Virus record (IMG/VR): IMGVR_UViG_3300022920_000004
Span: 35,001 to 99,000 of that record
DNA from: a virus
Length of the DNA stretch: 64,000 nucleotides
Strand: one strand, 5' to 3'
A program made the position numbers and the translations under genes. The notes beneath the pieces were generated by a model. It was not told the DNA's origin. It searched no databases and worked only from the letters and a program-made list of their open reading frames with translations. The stretch's first letter is position 1. Every line of letters starts with the position of its first letter. Below, one piece after another: positions 30,968 through 38,905 of this stretch.

Positions 30968-31061
30968 AAACTATTTACTTCTGGATCTTTACCAGCCTTC
31001 TATTATACATGTAGCTCTCAGTTAAGAGTCACTACGAGTTTTATTACTTTGTAAATAGTTT
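30968..31061 (-). ncRNA. Candidate multibranched RNA immediately 5' of the tRNA-like gene
   Basis: 11-bp closing stem AAACTATTTAC/GTAAATAGTTT with internal CTGG/CCAG and GTAG-CTCT/AGAG-CTAC stems. Confidence 0.4.
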
Positions 31062-31067
31062 AATTTA

Positions 31068-31322
31068 TTATATTTTATTATGTAAAAGTTTAAGATATTT
31101 TAAATAAGCTTTTGCTATTTTTTTATTATGAAATCTTTTGATTCCTGAATCACTTAAATCAATTCTTGAATCATGTTCTCTTTTACTTGTTGCACTAGTT
31201 TTATTTTCTATTTTAATTAATTGTATTGTAAAAGGATAATAATGATTACATTTACTACCATCTTGTATACAATAATAAGCATCTCCTATTTTTTTTGTTA
31301 CTTTATCTTCTGTTTTAAACAT
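31068..31322 (-). CDS. Hypothetical protein sharing the FKTED module with 28139..29107
   Basis: MFKTEDKVTKKIGDAYY...KRFHNKKIAKAYL. Confidence 0.6.
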   Translation of the reverse strand: MFKTEDKVTKKIGDAYYCIQDGSKCNHYYPFTIQLIKIENKTSATSKREHDSRIDLSDSGIKRFHNKKIAKAYLKYLKLLHNKI

Positions 31323-31349
31323 GTTTATTTATTATTGGGTTAATTTAAA

Positions 31350-31427
31350 AACTATTATAATCTTTATGGAAACTTGTTGCACTTTGCCACATTGAGATTA
31401 CTAGTCCATGCAATTGGAATAATAGTT
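31350..31427 (-). ncRNA. Candidate stem-closed intergenic RNA
   Basis: AACTATTAT/ATAATAGTT closing stem with internal complementary segments. Confidence 0.3.
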
Positions 31428-31433
31428 AATTGT

Positions 31434-31907
31434 TTATATTAAATTTAATATTTCTTTAATTGCAAACCATTCTGGTGCTATTAAATATAGTAAGCCGTGA
31501 TATATTGTAAATAAAGAGATTGTAGATGTAATTATAGCTAAGATTAAACCTACTATAGCAGGTGTACCTCTACTAGCATCACACCAATCCTTAATATTTT
31601 CATTTTTTTGATTAATTAATGCTAATTTATAATTTGTAAAAAACATTATCCAAAATAATACAGATAATAATGGTATTAACATATAAGCTACACCTTTAGC
31701 TATTTGTAATTTTACAACCATTGTGAAACCTGCTTCAGCCATTGGTGCTACATTTTCAACCATTTTATTGAAACCATCTGATATTTTACTACCATATTTA
31801 TCAATAATTCTTTCTGTTTCTGTAATATTTGGTATACTATCTAAAGTAGATTGAGTATATGATTGTAATGATAATAATAATACTAATATTGTTATAAATT
31901 TTTTCAT
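31434..31907 (-). CDS. Membrane protein with signal peptide
   Basis: MKKFITILVLLLSLQSYTQ signal; two TM segments. Confidence 0.7.
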   Translation of the reverse strand: MKKFITILVLLLSLQSYTQSTLDSIPNITETERIIDKYGSKISDGFNKMVENVAPMAEAGFTMVVKLQIAKGVAYMLIPLLSVLFWIMFFTNYKLALINQKNENIKDWCDASRGTPAIVGLILAIITSTISLFTIYHGLLYLIAPEWFAIKEILNLI

Positions 31908-31928
31908 TTTGTTTAATTTAAGGTTAAG

Positions 31929-32192
31929 TTAAAATATTGCATAATTTTCTTTAGGTTTTGCTAATTCAAAAGCATCATCAAAAACTGTAATATTTTTTAA
32001 TTTAGTTCCATATGATCTACAATCTCCAGTTAATACTTCCGCATTAATTGTTAAATGTCTATCATCACTCCATCTTTGTCTAATTGATTTAATACGAATA
32101 GTTTCAATATTACGTATTGTAATATCATTAGATTTATATCTATTAGCTTTAGGTTGTAATATATCACCTATTTTAAATTGTGGTTTAGCCAT
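31929..32192 (-). CDS. Small beta-barrel-like protein ending YAIF
   Basis: PQFKIGD N-terminus. Confidence 0.55.
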   Translation of the reverse strand: MAKPQFKIGDILQPKANRYKSNDITIRNIETIRIKSIRQRWSDDRHLTINAEVLTGDCRSYGTKLKNITVFDDAFELAKPKENYAIF

Positions 32193-32194
32193 AA

Positions 32195-32662
32195 TTAATC
32201 TACTAAAATGTTAGCAATATCTTTTAAGTCTTTAGCTAATTTAGCTTCAGCAGATAAATTTGCTTCTAATTTAGTTTTAACTTTATTAAGTTTAGCTAAT
32301 TCTTGTTGAAAACCTACTTCAACAGTTCTTTTTTTAATATCAGCTAACCATTGATTTGCTGAAAAACCATTTAATTTAAATACAGGTTTTTTAACACCTT
32401 CTGGTAACATTTCTTTAGCTGCTTCATCATAACATTTTTGTCTGTTAGTAACTGATGAATAAGCTTTAATTAATGTATCAACGTCTTTAATATCATTGAT
32501 TTTACCAAAACCATCTAATTGTTCAGTTGTTTGAGGTTTATCTTCAACACCTTTTTTTAATAATTTAATTTTCTTTACTACAGTTTCTAACATTCCTGGA
32601 ATGTCTGCTTGTGTAAATTGAGTTGCTGTTGATAACTGAGTATTTTCTTCTTTTGTGTTCAT
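32195..32662 (-). CDS. Hypothetical helical protein
   Basis: 155-aa ORF. Confidence 0.6.
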   Translation of the reverse strand: MNTKEENTQLSTATQFTQADIPGMLETVVKKIKLLKKGVEDKPQTTEQLDGFGKINDIKDVDTLIKAYSSVTNRQKCYDEAAKEMLPEGVKKPVFKLNGFSANQWLADIKKRTVEVGFQQELAKLNKVKTKLEANLSAEAKLAKDLKDIANILVD

Positions 32663-32664
32663 TT

Positions 32665-32886
32665 TTAGTATATTTGATATAATTTGTTATTGTTTATTAA
32701 TTTATTTTCTCTTTTATTCAATTCAGATTCAAGTATTTGAACCCAATTATTTACGTGACGACCTTTATATCGTTCTGTAATACGTCCATTTAAAATACAA
32801 TTTACTGTGTTTCTTAAATGATCACTTGTCATGTTAGCTACAGCTATTTTATCTCCATTTCTAGTAGTCCAATAATGTTTTATCAT
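32665..32886 (-). CDS. Small phage protein (WTT..G...MTSDHLRN) ending YQIY
   Basis: 73-aa ORF. Confidence 0.6.
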   Translation of the reverse strand: MIKHYWTTRNGDKIAVANMTSDHLRNTVNCILNGRITERYKGRHVNNWVQILESELNKRENKLINNNKLYQIY

Positions 32887-32895
32887 ATTATATGT

Positions 32896-33009
32896 TTAAA
32901 ATATTTGATATAATATAGTTGGTGTAACTACAGTTTTTATCTCTCTTGGTTTATGATAACTATAGTCATCATAATAATCACCATAATCATAATATTTATC
33001 ATTCCACAT
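32896..33009 (-). CDS. 37-aa Tyr/Asp-rich peptide ending LYQIF
   Basis: Manual translation MWNDKYYDYGDYYDDYSYHKPREIKTVVTPTILYQIF; fills gap between ORFs. Confidence 0.5.
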   Translation of the reverse strand: MWNDKYYDYGDYYDDYSYHKPREIKTVVTPTILYQIF

Positions 33010-33013
33010 AATT

Positions 33014-33232
33014 TTATCTGTTTTTAGGATGTTTCCATATTACTACATCACTATATTTTATTGCAAGCCCTATTATTGTAGCTATCAATGTTAAATAACC
33101 CAATAATATAGCTAATAATAGAACTAAGATATCTTTTGTTTTAATATTTTCTTCAGCATGATATATTATTAATAATGTAGCTATTAAACCTGCTATAAAC
33201 CAAGTTATTAATATAATTGTTTCTGTTGTCAT
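33014..33232 (-). CDS. Small two-TM membrane protein
   Basis: Hydrophobic segments; resembles 34392..34628. Confidence 0.55.
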   Translation of the reverse strand: MTTETIILITWFIAGLIATLLIIYHAEENIKTKDILVLLLAILLGYLTLIATIIGLAIKYSDVVIWKHPKNR

Positions 33233-33411
33233 AGTTGTAATTTTAATTGGTTAATGTTTGTTTTTATTTGTTTATCAAAGTATTTAATACAATTCTTACT
33301 AACACTAGATTGTTTACCAGTTTTAATAAATTGTACTAAATATGTATGAGTAAATCTCTGTAATATTAATACAGCTTTATTATTAACTGTGTAAATTCTA
33401 TGTGTTTTCAT
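33229..33411 (-). CDS. Hypothetical protein
   Basis: 60-aa ORF. Confidence 0.5.
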   Translation of the reverse strand: MKTHRIYTVNNKAVLILQRFTHTYLVQFIKTGKQSSVSKNCIKYFDKQIKTNINQLKLQL

Positions 33412-33413
33412 TG

Positions 33414-34082
33414 TTATAAGTTTTCTTTAATCCAATCTTGTGGGATTATATCGTGTTCATAAGGGTACTTACTTTTTCTATTACCAATTATCTTTTGAGC
33501 CATCTCATATGTTAGTAATTCAAAAAGACCAATTACCTCTTCCCTACTATAACTATCTTTAATAAAGCTAGTAATAATATTATTAGATTGATTTGTTTTA
33601 AGTATACAATCCCAATGTTCTGAAGGCATATTAAAATGACCTCTATATACATACTCAACTTCAATTTCATCAAATGGTTTATTACAATAAGCTTGTATTA
33701 GTTGTTGTGATAGTTGTGGTAAAGGTTTAACTTGCGGAACACCATTTATTTCTTGTTGTCTTTTACCTGTCATATAAGGAGTTGTTAAAGAAGTATCTGT
33801 CGTTGCTATTATTTTATGATTAGTAGATAAACTATTACCTATTAATTTCATAAATGATGCATCAGCTTTGAAAACTGTTTTTTGAACTTTGTTATAAACC
33901 CAATCACCTTCTTTAATTTCATCATCTGAAGTGATGTATAAATGATATGAAGCTGCATTTATATCTCTTAAATATGATTGAGTAAAATACTCTTTAAAAT
34001 ATTTATAACTACCCATTTGCATAATTAAAGCATTATTTGCTTTACTTGTAGGTAACATTATTACTTTACATTTCTTTTTCAT
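33414..34082 (-). CDS. Hypothetical protein
   Basis: LYITSDDEIKEGDW...KIIATTD motifs, 222 aa. Confidence 0.6.
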   Translation of the reverse strand: MKKKCKVIMLPTSKANNALIMQMGSYKYFKEYFTQSYLRDINAASYHLYITSDDEIKEGDWVYNKVQKTVFKADASFMKLIGNSLSTNHKIIATTDTSLTTPYMTGKRQQEINGVPQVKPLPQLSQQLIQAYCNKPFDEIEVEYVYRGHFNMPSEHWDCILKTNQSNNIITSFIKDSYSREEVIGLFELLTYEMAQKIIGNRKSKYPYEHDIIPQDWIKENL

Positions 34083-34115
34083 TTTATTAGTTTTAAATTG
34101 TTAGTTTTGTTTAAA

Positions 34116-34142
34116 AATAAAAAGGGTGTTGTTGTACACCCT
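34116..34142 (-). terminator. Intrinsic terminator 3' of tRNA-Asn-like element
   Basis: AGGGTGT/ACACCCT stem then T-run on minus strand. Confidence 0.6.
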
Positions 34143-34172
34143 ACAGGTTACTGCTTTTTAAATATTATTTTG

Positions 34173-34259
34173 TACTAGATGTTGGACTCGAACCAACGCC
34201 AATCGATTAACTTGCGACTGCTCTACCAATTTTTAAGTCTTTTGCCTGACTATACTAAT
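34173..34259 (-). pseudogene. Degenerate tRNA-Asn(GUU)-like element
   Basis: Intact T arm GTTGG-TTCGAGT-CCAAC; anticodon arm GTCGC-AAGTTAA-TCGAT (no C32/U33); D arm ends TTGGTAGAGC but carries an insertion; imperfect acceptor. Confidence 0.55.
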
Positions 34260-34391
34260 ACTGATATTAAAAAGATTACTATAATTATAATTATTAGAAA
34301 TGCAGTTTTAATTACTCTACTGTCATTATTTTTCATAGTTATTTATTTTTTAGCTATATATCTACAAACTATTTGTAGTTTTAGTTAGAGT

Positions 34392-34628
34392 TTATTTAAT
34401 TGAACCTTTATTCTTTCTTTTAAGTTCTCTATTTGGTGATATTATATGTATATCAAATAATATAATAGCAACTAAACCTGTTGTTAATATACCTCCAAAT
34501 GTTCCTGCTAATATGTATTTCCAATCTCCTTTTTCATATTTAGGTGATTGTGATGTAGCTACTACTATTAAAGATGTAGCTAATCCTACTAATAACCATA
34601 TTAGTATTAATATTTTAATGTTTATCAT
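34392..34628 (-). CDS. Small two-TM membrane protein
   Basis: Two hydrophobic helices. Confidence 0.55.
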   Translation of the reverse strand: MINIKILILIWLLVGLATSLIVVATSQSPKYEKGDWKYILAGTFGGILTTGLVAIILFDIHIISPNRELKRKNKGSIK

Positions 34629-34848
34629 TTTGTTTAGTTATTTTATAAATAATACCCCATACTATAATGTTAAGTAACCACATTATATTTATTATTAAAT
34701 CTTCTTTATATATAATCGTTAATGTAAATGTTATTATAGATATTATAAATATAATTAACATAAAATGTCTTAATTTCATAGTTTATTATTTATTAGGTTA
34801 ATTTAAATACCTAACTTTTGAAGTTATCTCCAGTTAGGTTTAATGTTG

Positions 34849-35037
34849 TTATTTATTAAAATGTAAAGCTACTACTTTACGTTCTCCATTGTATAAGTCA
34901 AGGTACATATTATCATTATTTAAATGAATATCTTTTACGTCACTGACTAATACATTATGTTCTTTTTCTACTTGTGTTAAAATAAATTCTAACATTTTAG
35001 TAGTAACCTCTATTTGTTTTTTACTTTTTAGTGACAT
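34849..35037 (-). CDS. Hypothetical protein
   Basis: 62-aa ORF. Confidence 0.5.
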   Translation of the reverse strand: MSLKSKKQIEVTTKMLEFILTQVEKEHNVLVSDVKDIHLNNDNMYLDLYNGERKVVALHFNK

Positions 35038-35090
35038 AATATTGTTATTTATATTGTTAAACCTGTATACTAAAGTACTAAATGACTTAA

Positions 35091-35113
35091 ATAAAAGGGG
35101 ATTTTACTCCCCT
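35091..35113 (-). terminator. Intrinsic terminator after 35122..35493
   Basis: AGGGGA/TCCCCT stem then TTTTAT on minus strand. Confidence 0.6.
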
Positions 35114-35121
35114 AATATTTG

Positions 35122-35493
35122 TTATGCCTCTGCTGCAATTGGAGCTTGTACTTCAACTTCAGATGTTACATCTAATAATGCTGCAGGTCCTAAATGTTTA
35201 CCTGCCTCAACAACTTCCATAAGAGTTGCCTCTTTAATGGCTGTGAAGTTAAATTGTCTTCCATATTCAGCATCAGGTTCTCCCTCTGTTGCTTGGAATA
35301 AATACGCTTTACCTACCTCGTAACCATTACGCTCTGCAAGTGTTCCTGCAACAATACGTTTGTTAGGTGCTTGACCCGCAACTACGTTTAAGATAACAGG
35401 CATTTTACCGTGTTTATCAGGTGATGCAGGTGTTTCATTTGAACCTGTAAATGATGCTACTGTTGCTAAAAACATTGTGTTTAATCTACTCAT
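35122..35493 (-). CDS. Hypothetical protein (monocistronic, probably highly expressed)
   Basis: 123 aa, Ala/Glu-rich, own terminator and structured leader. Confidence 0.7.
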   Translation of the reverse strand: MSRLNTMFLATVASFTGSNETPASPDKHGKMPVILNVVAGQAPNKRIVAGTLAERNGYEVGKAYLFQATEGEPDAEYGRQFNFTAIKEATLMEVVEAGKHLGPAALLDVTSEVEVQAPIAAEA

Positions 35494-35780
35494 AATATTT
35501 GTAAGTACGATGCTCTTCAGCTTTAGATGGCTTTATTGCCGTTAAGTTATACTGATTTGGTACAGTTCAGTTGCTGTTGTATTATAAATGATAGCTAGGA
35601 ACATAAGTATGCAAAACCTAGTGACTGTTTTTTTATTTATTTTTACCTATCATTATATTAAATGTGCTATATGTTTTATAGCGATGTAATTACGTGATTG
35701 TGTGATAGTGTGCATTGATATACGACTGTGTGATAATGAGTGTAAAATACTAGGCTCACACTCACTATAACACAATAACT

Positions 35781-35960
35781 CTAAGCTTCAACAACTATAT
35801 CACTCAAATCATCTTGATTAGCGTTTTCAATAGCATCTCCTAATAATAACATAGCTTGTGCTATACCAAATGGTGTGTTATCAAAGGTTGATGACATCTC
35901 TCTTGATGAATTAGTATGATTGTTATCATTTACTTTAACTGTAATCGTAATAGTTTTCAT
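35781..35960 (-). CDS. Hypothetical protein (first gene of left arm)
   Basis: MKTITITVKVND... start at 35960 within track ORF 35781..36011. Confidence 0.45.
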   Translation of the reverse strand: MKTITITVKVNDNNHTNSSREMSSTFDNTPFGIAQAMLLLGDAIENANQDDLSDIVVEA

Positions 35961-36229
35961 AATTATATATATTTTTAAGTTAATATTCAAAGAAACACTC
36001 TTAACTACCATTGAGTGTTGACATCATTTAAGTAGAACCAAATACCATTGCTGATATTATCATAGGGCTGATGACATTTGATTAAGCACCTAATATTAGT
36101 AAGTGTAGCGAAGCAATAAAGTTCTATATCATTTTAACAATGATACTATATTTACACTATACTGATTAACACTTAATCAATGAAGAAAACCTAATCCCTC
36201 CAGAACTAAAGAAGAGTGTGACCCTCAAG

Positions 36230-36350
36230 CTTACAAAGGGGGTGGTAACCCAATTTGGAAGTGAAGAGGGGGTGATGTATTGGGTTAGTCCACACATTCA
36301 CTAAATTTTATTTTTTCCCAAAAATTTTTTAAAAATATTTTTTTTTCACA
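36230..36350. other. Divergence region with G-runs and A/T tracts (candidate terminus/pac/origin)
   Basis: AGGGGGTG twice (36237, 36267), TAACCCAAT/ATTGGGTTA inverted repeat, lies at the strand switch. Confidence 0.35.
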
Positions 36351-36393
36351 ATTAAGCCATACATATACACAATTTAAGTCTCTTTAAAAATAA

Positions 36394-36448
36394 TTTGAAA
36401 ATAAGTGCTCTAAAACTTGCATATTAAAAAAATTTATTGTACCTTTAC
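36394..36448 (+). promoter_or_regulatory. Bacteroidota sigma70-type promoter P1
   Basis: TTG(36417)-N20-TACCTTTA; ~55-bp unit repeated at P2 and P3. Confidence 0.7.
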
Positions 36449-36468
36449 AAAATATAAAACAATAGCAA

Positions 36469-36822
36469 ATGAAAATAATAATTGCAGGTTTAAGAAACTT
36501 TACTGATTATAACCTCCTAAAAACAACTATTAATAATTTACTAGATAAATCTAATATAACTATTACAGAAGTTGTAAGTGGTGGAGCTAATGGTGTTGAT
36601 AAACTTGGTGAACAATACGCTAACGAATATAACATACCTATTAGGAGATTTAATGCTGATTGGAATAAATATGGTAATGCTGCAGGACCTATTAGAAATA
36701 AACAAATGGCTGAGTATGCTGATAGATTAATAGCTTTCTGGGATAATAAGTCTAGAGGTACTGGAAGTATGATTAAATTAGCTAAAAACAATAAATTAAA
36801 AGTATATATTAAACAAATATAA
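36469..36822 (+). CDS. YspA-like SLOG family protein
   Basis: IIIAGLRNF.DY, VVSGGANGVD, ADWNKYGNAAGPIRN.QMA, AFWD..SRGT..MI. Confidence 0.85.
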   Translation: MKIIIAGLRNFTDYNLLKTTINNLLDKSNITITEVVSGGANGVDKLGEQYANEYNIPIRRFNADWNKYGNAAGPIRNKQMAEYADRLIAFWDNKSRGTGSMIKLAKNNKLKVYIKQI

Positions 36823-36824
36823 TT

Positions 36825-37217
36825 ATGAAAAATAAATATTACACACCAAGTATTGAAGAATTCTATGTAGGGTTTGAATGTGAGATATATGATGACGATG
36901 ATAAAACTTGGGATTTAGTATATGTTGATACACAACCAGGTCTTTGTAATATTACTGGGTTAGATTTAGATATTAGAGTCAAATACCTAGACAAATCTGA
37001 TATAGAGGATTTGGGGTTTACACATATAGGTGCTTTATGGTTTGAGAGTAAAGAACTTGATTGTAGAATTAGAAAATGGAAGGGTTTAGAGATTGATATC
37101 TACCACGATTGGAGTAGAAATGATGGTGAACACACTGATCATTATAAAGTCTTCAGAGGAACTATTAAAAACAAATCTGAATTAAAAATACTCTTAAAAC
37201 AACTTAATATAAAGTAA
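36825..37217 (+). CDS. Constant/variable family protein, copy 1
   Basis: YYTPSIEEFYVGFE / RVKYLDKSDIEDLGF / IKNKSELK..LKQLNI. Confidence 0.75.
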   Translation: MKNKYYTPSIEEFYVGFECEIYDDDDKTWDLVYVDTQPGLCNITGLDLDIRVKYLDKSDIEDLGFTHIGALWFESKELDCRIRKWKGLEIDIYHDWSRNDGEHTDHYKVFRGTIKNKSELKILLKQLNIK

Positions 37218-37222
37218 TACTA

Positions 37223-37248
37223 AACCCGTCTTAACAGATGGGTTTTTT
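37223..37248 (+). terminator. Intrinsic terminator
   Basis: AACCCGTC/GATGGGTT stem + T-run. Confidence 0.75.
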
Positions 37249-37275
37249 GTTGTAATAAAGTTAATTATAAAATAT

Positions 37276-37329
37276 TTTAAAAATAAATCACTTTTTACTT
37301 GCATATGTCAAATTTTTATTGTACCTTTG
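37276..37329 (+). promoter_or_regulatory. Bacteroidota sigma70-type promoter P2
   Basis: TTG(37299)-N20-TACCTTTG, matching the TAnnTTTG consensus. Confidence 0.8.
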
Positions 37330-37434
37330 CGGTGTTAATAACAAACACAACAAACATACAATGGCTTTCCATCAATTGGGGCTATGACGTTTCTGAAGGG
37401 GAAGGAGTATTTAAAAGAGGAGGGGAAACTCTTT

Positions 37435-37636
37435 AGCACCTAATAATAAAATATATAAATATGAAGGAAGAATTTAAATGGATTAATTATGATGAGTGGA
37501 AGTTTGAAAAGACTAGGGGTAGAAGTATTATATGGAAAGGTTTATCTAAAGAGACTTATCCTAAAGTAAAAGACGTTGTTGAACGTTATATTATAGGATG
37601 TGATCCTTATGATGAAGCACCTAATAAATAAAATAT
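37435..37636 (+). repeat. Direct repeat AGCACCTAATAA(A)TAAAATATA (37435-37455 and 37616-37636)
   Basis: Each copy lies just upstream of a mini-ORF start; core also at 36085 and inverted at 37830. Confidence 0.75.
37461..37631 (+). CDS. 56-aa mini-protein resembling the TerL nuclease active-site strand
   Basis: Manual translation ends ...ERYIIGCDPYDEAPNK; TerL has GRYIAGIDPIDAD. Confidence 0.6.
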   Translation: MKEEFKWINYDEWKFEKTRGRSIIWKGLSKETYPKVKDVVERYIIGCDPYDEAPNK

Positions 37637-37641
37637 AGATT

Positions 37642-37818
37642 ATGATAAAATTAATAAGTAACAAAGATCCTGAATTCTTTTTTAAGTATACAAACTCTTT
37701 AATGGATTTATATAATAAACAAAAACAAATGGATTTTACAGAAATGTTAAATAAATTTCCTATTAAAAATAGTAATGAAATTTATGAATGGAAAATAATG
37801 GGAAGATCTGCTAAATAA
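37642..37818 (+). CDS. 58-aa mini-protein resembling major capsid protein residues ~23-74
   Basis: MLNKFPIKNSNEIYEWKIMG vs MCP SLSLFPEKVLESSDDFVWKLVG. Confidence 0.6.
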   Translation: MIKLISNKDPEFFFKYTNSLMDLYNKQKQMDFTEMLNKFPIKNSNEIYEWKIMGRSAK

Positions 37819-37865
37819 CCCTTACTATTTTAGGTGCTTTATTAAAATAATTTAAAAATAAATAT

Positions 37866-38072
37866 ATGGATTACAACAGAGAAAGAATATTAGATGATTT
37901 AGTAAGAGAACGTGAGATGAAAGAACACTCTGAAAGATTTCAAGGGTACTTCTTACAACATAAATTAGGGTATATTACAGATGATCAATTAAACGATTGG
38001 TTATTAGGTAAGAGAGAATTTGGAGTAGTTGTTAGAGACCCTAAAAATGAAATACCTTTTAAAAAAATTTAA
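37866..38072 (+). CDS. Hypothetical protein
   Basis: 68-aa ORF. Confidence 0.55.
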   Translation: MDYNRERILDDLVREREMKEHSERFQGYFLQHKLGYITDDQLNDWLLGKREFGVVVRDPKNEIPFKKI

Positions 38073-38121
38073 AAATAAATGCTAAATAATTAGGATATGT
38101 CAAAAAAATGTTGTACCTTTG
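38068..38121 (+). promoter_or_regulatory. Bacteroidota sigma70-type promoter P3
   Basis: TAG(38091)-N20-TACCTTTG; shares ATATGTCAAA and upstream TTTAAAAATAAAT with P2. Confidence 0.7.
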
Positions 38122-38146
38122 TACAAGAATTAAATAATTAAAGTAT

Positions 38147-38434
38147 ATGACTAAAATAAACATAGAAGAAACTTATAATAGTATTAAAGAGGATATAAGT
38201 AAAGATTATAAAAAATTTATATTAGAATCTAAAACATTCTTAGATAAATATAGACAAAATAGGAAAGATGATGTATTCCTTGGATATGTTGAAGAACCTG
38301 GATCTGGTTATAGATATATTATTACTATTTATATTAGGGGCTTTAGATCAACTGAATCATTAACTTCTAATATTCATTTAGATGCTAATTATAAACAAGT
38401 AAGTGAGAATGTTAAAAGAAGATCAACTAAATAA
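38147..38434 (+). CDS. Hypothetical protein
   Basis: 95-aa ORF after P3. Confidence 0.55.
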   Translation: MTKINIEETYNSIKEDISKDYKKFILESKTFLDKYRQNRKDDVFLGYVEEPGSGYRYIITIYIRGFRSTESLTSNIHLDANYKQVSENVKRRSTK

Positions 38435-38451
38435 TTTTACATATTATAACG

Positions 38452-38727
38452 ATGAGTGGAATCAAGGAAATACTAACAAATAGAGTACATAAAATACATA
38501 ATAAAAGTCATAGAAGAATGATGACTAAGAATGGTGTATTAGATAAAGTAGATTTACAAATTAATAAAAGTTTTAGTATTATAGATGCTTTAGATGATTT
38601 AAATCACTTAGTTAAATACACTCAAGATTATCCAGTAGAGGATAGTTCTATTGTACATTTTGAAACTGACTTAGTGGTTATGAGTAGAGAGAATTATGAT
38701 GAACTTTTAAAATTAATAGATGGATAA
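38452..38727 (+). CDS. Hypothetical protein
   Basis: 91-aa ORF. Confidence 0.55.
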   Translation: MSGIKEILTNRVHKIHNKSHRRMMTKNGVLDKVDLQINKSFSIIDALDDLNHLVKYTQDYPVEDSSIVHFETDLVVMSRENYDELLKLIDG

Positions 38728-38905
38728 TAGGGATAAGAGTTTTTGTATACACAAAAGTGTATATAGATATCAATTAGAATTTGGAACTGTAGTATTTTTT
38801 GATAAAGAAGAAGGTCTTAATATAATGCAATTTGATATAAGAGATGGTGAAGATATTATAAAAAGTATTGATGAAATATTAAAATATGAAAAAGATAATA
38901 AATAA
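38720..38905 (+). CDS. Hypothetical protein
   Basis: 61-aa ORF, translationally coupled. Confidence 0.5.
   Translation: MDNRDKSFCIHKSVYRYQLEFGTVVFFDKEEGLNIMQFDIRDGEDIIKSIDEILKYEKDNK

Noticed and set aside
29205-35523. Hammerhead cores (CTGAAGA at ~29208 plus and ~35520 minus) and their 9-nt mutual complementarity
   Set aside because: No stem II/GAAA in the required position; a 9-nt match is expected by chance
37435-37838. CRISPR-like mini-array
   Set aside because: Only two direct copies, and the ~160-nt spacer is an ORF; no cas genes
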